This document shows positions 54,941-64,000 of a stretch of 64,000 nt of DNA, piece after piece. The stretch is from Octopus vulgaris (lineage: Eukaryota), in contig OX597816.1 of assembly GCA_951406725.2 (NCBI GenBank), positions 17,112,001-17,176,000 on the forward strand, read 5' to 3'. The position numbers and the translations under genes were made by a program. The notes under the pieces are model-generated. The model was not told the DNA's origin. It worked only from the letters and a program-made list of their open reading frames with translations, and ran no database searches. Every line of letters starts with the position of its first letter. Positions within the stretch are counted from its first letter, which is position 1.

Positions 54941-55129
54941 TATTTATTGTCTTTTAAATTCCGTATAATTTAATTTTCATTTATAATTTTTCATGGCTTT
55001 CTTTATATTTTCTTTTTTACATTTTTCCCTCACATTTTTTTTTGTTATATCATCCACCTGGTCGTTAATTTGAAAATGTTTATAAAACTTAGTCAAATGA
55101 ATATATCCATGTGGATAGAAATTTTTTTT

Positions 55130-55356
55130 TTTTTATTGCCCACAAGTGGCTAAACATAGAGGGGACAAACAAGGACAGACAAAGGGGTTAAGTTGATTAC
55201 ATCGACCCCAGTGCATAACTGGTACTTAATTATCGACCCCAAGAGGATGAAAGGCAAAGTCGACCTCGGCGGAATTTGAACTCAGAATGTAAAGACAGGC
55301 GAAATACCACTAAGCATTTTGCCTGGTGTGCTAACGTTTCTGCCAGCTCGCCGCCT
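55130..55356 (-). mobile_element. SINE family C, full length (central domain resembles the Meta-type conserved SINE domain)
   Basis: Head ggcggcgagctggcagaaacgttagc, B box gagttcaaattcc, domain ctttcatcct..ggggtcgata..taagtaccag. Confidence 0.88.
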
Positions 55357-56199
55357 TTCCATGTTGATAGCAAACCATAAACAACAACAGCATTACTGTT
55401 ATGTTACAGAATTATAATTTTGCTGTTGCTGTTTGATCCACACCACTTCATCTCCAGATTAGCTGAGATTGAGCTGGACAGGGGCAGACTGAGCTGTCGG
55501 TCAATCGGGCACTGGTCAAGGGCCTGGAACTATGAGTGGATTTGGTAAGGGGAAACTGTGTGGAAGCTCTGGGTTCAGCTACTCTACATTGATAAGGGGC
55601 AAATACTCTGAAACTTGTCTGTAGATGCCAGACCAACAAGGGGAAGCGGCTGACCTCCCCTGTTTGAGGGTTATAATGGACACAGGTTCGTGTGTCACAT
55701 AGCTGGCCTCTTGGAGCTAATCAATGGCAGCATTCGTCCTATTGTTCTGGACTGCCATGTTAGCTTGGCGATAACTATTAACATATATATGGGGGTGGAG
55801 GTTTTAGTGTTTGTACTCCATTAACCCAGGGCTTGATAACTGGTATTGGTTTGTTTACAACCTAATAACCTAGTGATTTGGCAAAAGAGTCCAATGGAAT
55901 AGGTATTATATAAAACTGGAAACAATTTGTTTGACTAAAATCCTTCAAGACAGAGCCCCAGCAAGGCCACAATCCAATGACTGAAACAAATAAAAGATAC
56001 AAAAATATCAAGGCCTACACTATCCTGTTGCCATTTCTGAGAGAGTAGGTCGTGATTTGATTTGAAAGGAATTTGGCTGCTATTTCCAGCTGGTCAAACA
56101 ACCACCTAGAGGCTTATTTGTCATTGACTTACTGTTGAGATAACTTCAATTTATTTTGGTGAACTACAGATGGATATATTTGGTTTAATCTATTTATAG

Positions 56200-56496
56200 G
56201 TTCAAAAGAAACAATCTATTTTTGCCTGATCAGATGAAAGCTTGCTCTATATACTGCCAAGCTAGTGGCATATTAATGAGATTATTTTACATGTGATCAC
56301 TAAGGAATATAATCCTGTAGTCATATTCTTCAAAACTTCAATTCTTCTTACTTGTTTGGTTAAATAGTGACCAAGAATAACAAAAAAACAAACAAACACT
56401 GTTTATATGAATTCCTTACTCCAATTTTGATCAAATGTTCAAATTTGGTTTGTCTGAGTAAGAAATACTGGAATGTAGAATCTGCCATTGCTGGAG
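56200..56496 (+). other. Candidate non-coding exon of the plus-strand transcript
   Basis: Acceptor tctatttatag|G and consensus donor GAG|GTAAGT at 56497 in unique sequence; no ATG-initiated frame runs through the donor. Confidence 0.4.
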
Positions 56497-57127
56497 GTAA
56501 GTTCATTCTGTATACACCAGTGTTTTCACAATATAATCAAGCATTATTATATTAGGAAAGCAGGCTGGTGATTGGCAAAATGAAATGTGCCTAACAAAAT
56601 GCCCCCATATGCAATTAGCTTTATCACTCCATACCATTCTGAATTTAAATGCAGTCAGGTTCGACTTTTATCTTTGAAACAAATTAAGAACCAGTCAAAT
56701 AATGAAACCAATTTAATTAACTGTGTCCACCTTCAAAAATATGTGTCCTTGTTCCATTGGAATGAAATACAAAGATTTCTTTCCTTTTTTTCCCCGTATA
56801 TAATTTTGTATTAATAAAATGTAGCTTGGAGCACCTTGGTGACCCACAATTATATAGTCTTTATCTTCAGTCTACAGATTTGAAACATTAACCCAGAGAC
56901 TCCCAGATAAATCTTTATTTCTGGGTAGCTTTGCAAACTTCCAAGAGTTGGTCTTGTGTACACTTCTACAGACATGTATACACAGAAGTGTTTATTGCTG
57001 TTGTGGTTGTTGTTGCTATGTTGCTTGGCCCATTGTCATAACTGACTATACAAATCTCTGATGAAATACATTCTAGTGGTGACCAACCTATTCCCTTTTG
57101 TATCAATTGCTATATTGTCCATGTCTT

Positions 57128-57129
<2 letters not shown>

Positions 57130-57166
<37 letters not shown>

Positions 57167-57495
57167 GTTCAGCATCTGCTTTCCATGCTAGCATGGATTG
57201 GACGGTTCAACTGGGGTCTGGGAAGCCAGAAGGCTGCACCAGGCCCAGTCTGATCTGACAATGTTTCTATGGCTGGATGCCCTTCCTAGCGCCAGCCACT
57301 CTGTGAGTGTGGTGGATGCTTTTACGTGCCAGACGAGGCTGGCAAACATCCACGATTGGATGGTGCCTTTTATGTGCCACCTGCACGAGGCCAGTCGGGG
57401 AAGTGCTGGCAACGGCCATGTTCAGATGGTTCTTTTACATACCACCGGCACTGGTATCACAGCTGCAATTTCCATTGATGTTGATCGATTTCGAT
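57130..57495 (-). mobile_element. Family B retroelement
   Basis: (CAT)n plus conserved body. Confidence 0.85.
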
Positions 57496-57532
57496 TTTAA
57501 TTTTTTCCTTTTGTAAAATGATAAGGAGTTAT

Positions 57533-57890
57533 TTAAACCTTTTAGCATTCAGACTAACCTGTCAAATGTTGTTGTGTTGTTGTGACCCCCCTTCGGTCAT
57601 GAATGACCATGGGATTAGACCTACAAGGTTACCCTCCGAAGCACAAGTCTGAGCAAGGTTGTATTTGGAAGACCAGCAGTTGCCCAAACATACCAGCCTC
57701 CCCTCTCCATGCCACCGATGTTATCCAAGGGAACGGCAAAGGACGATACAGCTTGGCACCAGTGACATCGAACCATGAGGTTTGTAAGCAAGCTACATAC
57801 CACACAGCCACTCCTACGCCTAGGATTACTTCAAGACACGAATAAGTAAGCATTATATTTGACAAAGTAATTTGAATGCTAAATGGTTAA
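57533..57890. mobile_element. TTAA MITE ends enclosing a SINE D/SINE A chimera
   Basis: ttaa-accttttagcattcag..gtcaaat and atttgac..tgaatgctaaatgg-ttaa; SINE D tail 57583-57768 is fused to a SINE A head 57770-57822. Confidence 0.6.
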
Positions 57891-58171
57891 GAGATTGTAT
57901 AATCATTTATTGGTTTGTGTATGAGTAGGTTGCTAATTGACCATTTCCAAGCTTACTTCAAATGCAAGATGGTTTTTGTTAGAGTAATTATATTCACAGC
58001 TGGATATTGTTTCTGCTACTGTTAAAACCTCCAACAAAATGTGAAAAGGGTCTGTTTTTCAATTAGGCAATGTAAGCCGGCCTAGTTTTATATCTCGACT
58101 AAAATAACAATTAATTGATAGTTAATGTACTGCAAATTAGGACAAGAATTATCATGCATACACATAAGCAT

Positions 58172-58342
58172 AAGCGTAGGAGTGGCTGTGTGGTAAGAAG
58201 CTTGCTTACGAACCACATGGTTCCTGGTTCAGTCCCATTGCATGGCACCTTGAGCAAGTGTCTTTTACTATAGCCTTGGGCCGACTGAAGCCTTGTGAGT
58301 GGATTTGGTAGATGGAAACTGAAAGAAGCCTGCCGTATATAT

Positions 58343-58376
<34 letters not shown>

Positions 58377-58596
58377 ATATGATTGTGTGTCTGTGTTTGT
58401 CTCCCCAACATCACTTGACAACGGATACTGGTGTGTTTACATCCCCGTAACTTAGCGGTTCAGCAAAAAGAGACCGCTAGAATAAGTACCAGGCTTATAA
58501 AGAATAAGTCCTGGGGTTGGTTTGCTCGACTAAAAAAAAAAGAAAGGCGGTGCTCCAGCATGTCCACAGTCAAAGGATTGAAGCAAGTAAAAGAAT
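58172..58596 (+). mobile_element. SINE family A, full length
   Basis: Complete match to the family. Confidence 0.9.
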
Positions 58597-59175
58597 AATA
58601 TGCACAGATGCATGCATGCATGCATGCACACACACACACACACACACACACATGCACACATACACATTCGCAAACATGTGCACAAATATGGATGTGCAGT
58701 TAGCATAATAGGTGCCTTCTCTCTCTTTCTCTCTCAGATACACAACATATTGATGGTTGTTATAGAAAAAAAAATATGGTGGTCTTTTGCTTTAAGAACA
58801 TAAAACTATGAAACTGAAAACCAAACAAAATGAAGCCAGGAATATGCAAAAAACAAGCTTTATCTTCAAGAGTAAATGCTTAAATTCTGGTTATTAAACA
58901 TTAGTATTATAATAGATTCCTGTTTTCTTTTCTCTGACATAGTTAATACATGAAGGTTGCATTGCAGAAAACAAGAAAATTTTTTTCATAAAAAAGGAAG
59001 ATAGATGCAAAAAAAATTACTGCAAATTGGCAATCCATTCCAAATTTCTCTTTCCTAAACTTTTAAATAATATTTTTGTCTTCATTTTGAAATGAGCTGT
59101 CAATTTGTAAATTACATTTGCATCTCTTTCTCTGCCTATCTGTCTGTCTAACTATCTGTCCACCCATCCATCTTC

Positions 59176-59337
<162 letters not shown>

Positions 59338-59802
59338 GTTTATCTATCTATTTATCTACAAAAAATAATTTTTTTTTTCTTTCTGTGATACACGATGCCT
59401 TTTGGCTGCTTTTTTTTTTCCCGATCCCTTTTGATAGAAATTTTACATTTGTTTCCTTTTTTTCTTCTTTCTTTTCCATCTTCGAAAAGAAAAGCTCTAC
59501 ATTTGTAATTGTCTCCTCTGTGTCCAGCCCTGTGTGGCCAATAAAGAAAGTTATCTACCCATCTCTGTCTCTCTATCTATCTAGATATCTAGATATCTAT
59601 CTATCTATCTATATCTGTATCTAATAGAGGGGATCAAGAGGTGGTATTCATCAACTTTTAGACATTATATTATGTCTACTTATTTATTAAAAGACAAAAC
59701 AATTACAACAACATACATACATGTATAACATATTATGCTTTACATATATAAAAATACCAGTAATTATTAAAATGTATAATGCAGAACATAGAAAGTAGAA
59801 TA

Positions 59803-59930
59803 GTTTCTTACAGCTGTTTCAGCCAAGAAGTCATAGTACCCTACTTTACTTCCTTCCCTTCAGTGAACTGAAGTATTTGGTAGGTAAGACTAAGGTACTT
59901 GGGTGTGCCTCTGGGCTTCATAAGAGAATT
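59803..59930 (-). ncRNA. Type I minimal hammerhead ribozyme relic (Penelope-type)
   Basis: Minus strand: ttct CTTATGA agcc...ggct GAAA cagctg TA agaa; one core change (G5 to T). Confidence 0.65.
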
Positions 59931-60019
59931 TAGAAAGTTCATAAGGTTAACTTATAAATATAAATACATACATATATACACACTTTTACATATACATATA
60001 CATAAATACATATCTATGC

Positions 60020-60071
<52 letters not shown>

Positions 60072-60106
60072 GCATACAAAGGAATCAATTATTAGTATTA
60101 TTAGGT

Positions 60107-60179
<73 letters not shown>

Positions 60180-60292
60180 CATTATTATTAGGTGTGTTAT
60201 ATTATTCTTATTAGATAAAGTATAAACAGAAGAAAGAGAAAATTGTCAAAAGAGAAATAATAGTGGAATTTAAATAATCAATCTATCTAAGG

Positions 60293-60379
<87 letters not shown>

Positions 60380-60383
60380 CTTA

Positions 60384-60628
60384 GAAGAAATGAGGTACTC
60401 AGAAATCCGGATGGTTTTATATTTACAGATATTTATTAGTATGTTACATGTTTTTATATATTCTAGTGGAGTCTTCAAATTGTACTCAGTTCAATTTGAA
60501 GACTCCACTAGAATGGACGAAAGTGCTAACATATGATATACGATATATGATTTATAAAAAACATGTGACATATTAATAAATATCTGTAAATATAAAACGA
60601 TCCGGATTTCTGAGTACCTCATTTCTTC
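60384..60628. mobile_element. Penelope-like nested fold-back with a weak hammerhead relic
   Basis: Outer arms gaagaaatgaggtactcagaaatccggat... / ...atccggatttctgagtacctcatttcttc; inner hairpin attctagtggagtcttcaaattg / caatttgaagactccactagaat; TTGAAGA..tggac GAAA at 60496-60522. Confidence 0.6.
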
Positions 60629-60876
60629 TCATATATAATACCTGTACATCATCGCCAAACCTTCAAATATATATATATATCTTATCTCTTATGATAAAAG
60701 GCAGATTTTCTCTGCCTCCCACATAGTTTGTTTTTAATACAATTGTACAATATAGAATTTCTTCAATTGGAATTTACCTATGATTTTTCAAAGTAGATTC
60801 GATTGGGTCATGGCATATAAAGTTTTTTTCAATTTGACCCCCAATTAAGCAAAAATTCGAGAAAACTAAATATTTT

Positions 60877-61105
60877 ACGATTTGCCTCTCTAATTTCAAC
60901 TGCTTCACTCCTTCTATTACCACACTTTCTCCTACTTTCTCTTTGCAAGTGTAACGATTTGCCTCTCTAATTTCAACTGCTTCACTCCTATTACCACACT
61001 TTCCTCCTACTTTCTCTTTGCAAGTGTAACGATTTGCCTCTCTAATTTCAACTGCTTCACTCATTCTATTACCACACTTTCTCCTACTTTCTCTTTGCAA
61101 GTGTA
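60877..61105. repeat. 75-77-bp tandem repeat, 3 copies, inside an unclassified (possibly Helitron-like) element ~60686-61330
   Basis: Units start acgatttgcctctctaatttc at 60877, 60954, 61029; flanking direct repeat aatttcttcaattggaatttacctatgatttttc at ~60756 and ~61178. Confidence 0.85.
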
Positions 61106-61332
61106 CCTTCAACCACTACTCAAAAAAATACACAGGAAACAGAAACAAATAAATACATAACGATTTACTCCTCACACAATTTCTTCAATTGGAATTTACC
61201 TATGATTTTTCGAAGTACATTCCATTCTATATTTTATAAATTAAAATTGGTTTTTAATTTACTTTCTGTCGCTAAGTTTTGGTAGTATTAATTTGCGAGC
61301 GTACTTCAGTTCTCAATTGTTGAAAGAAAGAA

Positions 61333-61460
<128 letters not shown>

Positions 61461-61569
61461 TGTGTGTGTAGGAAGTGAAGGATAAAAATATGGCAAGAAG
61501 TGGACAGATGTACATATATACATCCATACATCCATACATACATGTGTGTGTGTGTGTGTGTGTGTGTTA

Positions 61570-61960
61570 TCTCTCTCTATATAAAGTTGAAGTTGTTTGT
61601 GTGTGCCAAGTTTGGTAAACTTCAACTAATACTATCTCCTCCGAGACCCTGCAGCGCAAGTTGACCAAAATTGAGAGTATGATAGAAGAAGGGTTGCTTT
61701 TCCTTCCGTAGAAGTTAAAATTCAAATCGGACCATGTTAACACCAAAAATTATTTACATCAAAAAGGTGCTTTTTTGTATGAAAATCCCTATTTTTTACG
61801 ATTTTTTCACTGCTGTGTCGCCACTTTTCGGTGTATTTCAACCAGAAAAATGTTAACTTGAAGAGAATAACAAGCTACATAATGCAAAATTTTTACTTTT
61901 CAAAAATTCCAATTCCAGCGGGTCGAAACAAACCCGAGCAACGCCAGGCGATACTGCTAG
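61570..61960 (+). mobile_element. Non-autonomous Helitron (second copy)
   Basis: A|TC start, subterminal hairpin-like cccgagcaacgccagg, CTAG|T end. Confidence 0.85.
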
Positions 61961-62672
61961 TATATATATACGCACATATATATATATTTATGTACAACTA
62001 TACTCATAGGTTCATACATATTTCATGTGTTGAGAGGGGAGGATTACTGTAGTAGTTTGTATTTTCCTTTTTATATAATTATAATAATTATACACAAACA
62101 TATATATATACATATAAACATGCGATATGTTTTCTATTGAGGGCTTGAGATAAAGGCTCACAATAAGTAGTAAGAGTTTATATTAATACCTGTGATATTA
62201 GTCGGTACTAAAAGTAATAAATTTCTGGGTATTAATCAAGATACTTAATAAAGTATTTTCTGTTACTTTTTGTTTATCAAGTTGCTGAAATCCTGTGGGA
62301 AGTGGGGGAGGGGGTTATGGTCAGTCCCGTAATCTAATTGGTCATCTATTGTTTTGAAAGGCCATGACATCATTAATGTTTGTTAATGGATAACCGATAA
62401 CATAAACAACAAACTAGGCAAAAATATACAAATGTATACAAAAAAAACAAACAAACAAATGATCCAAGGTTAACTATTAGTATTTCTCTTTTGATAATTT
62501 TCTCTTTCCTCTGTTTATTCTTTATCTAATAAGAATAATATAATACATCTGATAATTATAATAATTGATTCCTTTGTATGCATATACATATATATATATA
62601 TGAATATATAGATATGTATTTATGTATATTTATGTAAATGTATGTAAATGTAAAAGTGTGTATATATGTATT

Positions 62673-62755
<83 letters not shown>

Positions 62756-62859
62756 GGAGAAGAAAGAGATAAATAAATGGATGGGTGGATGGATGGATAA
62801 AGAGTGGGTAGAGGCATATGTTTTTTTGGTACCACATCACTTATTTTGACTCATGCCAC

Positions 62860-63470
62860 TTTTAAACAGTTGAAGGGATCTGGACCCAGGAAGACATGGA
62901 ATGAGGTGGTCAAGTATGACCTTCGAACGTTGGGCCTCACAGAGGCAATGGCAAAAGACTGAGATCTCAGGAGATATGCTGTGACTGCGAAGACCCAGTA
63001 AATAAAGCGAGTTCACAGCTGTATTCTACTCCAGTTTTACATAACCAGCTCCAGCCCATTCAAAAGTACCTTGGATCATAGGGCGACCCACTGTGCTTGA
63101 GGAGACCTATTGAGTCAAGTACATCAACATCAAAATGAAAATCAAATGGAAATTGTAGTTGTGATTCCCGTGCCAGTGGCACATAAAAAGCACCATCCAA
63201 ATGTGGCTGATGCCAGCGCCACTTTGACTAGCTTCTGTGCCAGAAGCACCAACTGATCATGGCCATTGCCAGCCTTCTCTGGCCCCTGTGCCGGTGGCAC
63301 ATAAAAAACACCACTACACTCATGGAGTGGTTGGTGTTAGGAAGGATATTCCGCTGTACAAACACTGCCAGATCAGACTGGAGCTTGGTGCAGCCTCCTG
63401 ACTTCCCAGACCCCGGTGGAACTGTCCAACCCTTGTTAGCATGGAAAATGGACGTTAAACGATGATGATG
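62860..63470 (+). mobile_element. 5'-truncated RTE-clade LINE: ORF C-terminus continuous with the family B 3' sequence
   Basis: GPRKTWNEVVKYDLRTLGLTEAMAKD*DLRRYAVTAKTQ* followed by family B units and ggacgttaaac(gat)n. Confidence 0.8.
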
Positions 63471-64000
63471 GTGATGATGATGGTGGTGGTGGTGGTGGTG
63501 GTGGTGGTGGTGGTGGTGTTGGTGATGGTGGTGGTGATGGTGATGGTGATGATGATGATGATGATGATGACGATGATGAGGATGATGATGATGAAGAACT
63601 TTCTGAAAACTACGCAGTTTTTCAATAAAATTTTGCAGAGAAAGGTTTTCAACGAAGTAGAAGGTGATTATTTTGAGAAAATTGAGAAAAGCATCATATC
63701 TTTATTTCGAATATACAAATGAGAAATTTCTTTTATTGAATTTTAATTCTAAGTTAATAAATGCTTTTCTTTTTGCAAATCAGCATTCATTTCACTATTT
63801 CGTTTAAGCAATATGAAATTTGATATGAAATTATAATCATTGTATGTATGCCATATTTTCTGATATTACCCTTGGTAATACAAGTGTATTTCCAAAGCTA
63901 CCTGTCATGTGACAAGTAGCAATTTAATATAAACGAACAAATGCAATAATTAATGGTCATGCTGAAGAAAATTAAACATGCATAATGAGCTGGAATTTGA

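Overview
AT-rich animal genomic DNA, almost certainly a cephalopod (Octopus-type), judged from extreme (TA)n/(CA)n/(TATG)n/(TCTA)n/(GAT)n microsatellite density and several tRNA-derived SINE families. The taxon and family names are recognised from memory, not from a search. Nearly all ORFs in the track are microsatellite or repeat artefacts. Host-gene signal is sparse. One convincing first coding exon (signal peptide, phase-1 GT donor) lies on the minus strand at 10242-10152, and a divergent plus-strand transcript is suggested only by splice-site-bounded, apparently non-coding exons (donor 16479/16480, exons 21718-21906 and 56200-56496). CpG is abundant left of ~18.5 kb and depleted right of it. 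The rest is a nested transposon graveyard: four SINE families, RTE and Hero-like LINE 3' ends, Penelope-like fold-back fragments, a rearranged Tc1 cluster, pogo/Tc2-, Merlin- and piggyBac-like MITEs, and Helitrons. The most notable signals are about ten decayed hammerhead-ribozyme motifs, mostly inside fold-backs, an identical SINE-into-SINE junction at two loci, and a Tc1 with two left ends. I see no complete novel protein-coding system.
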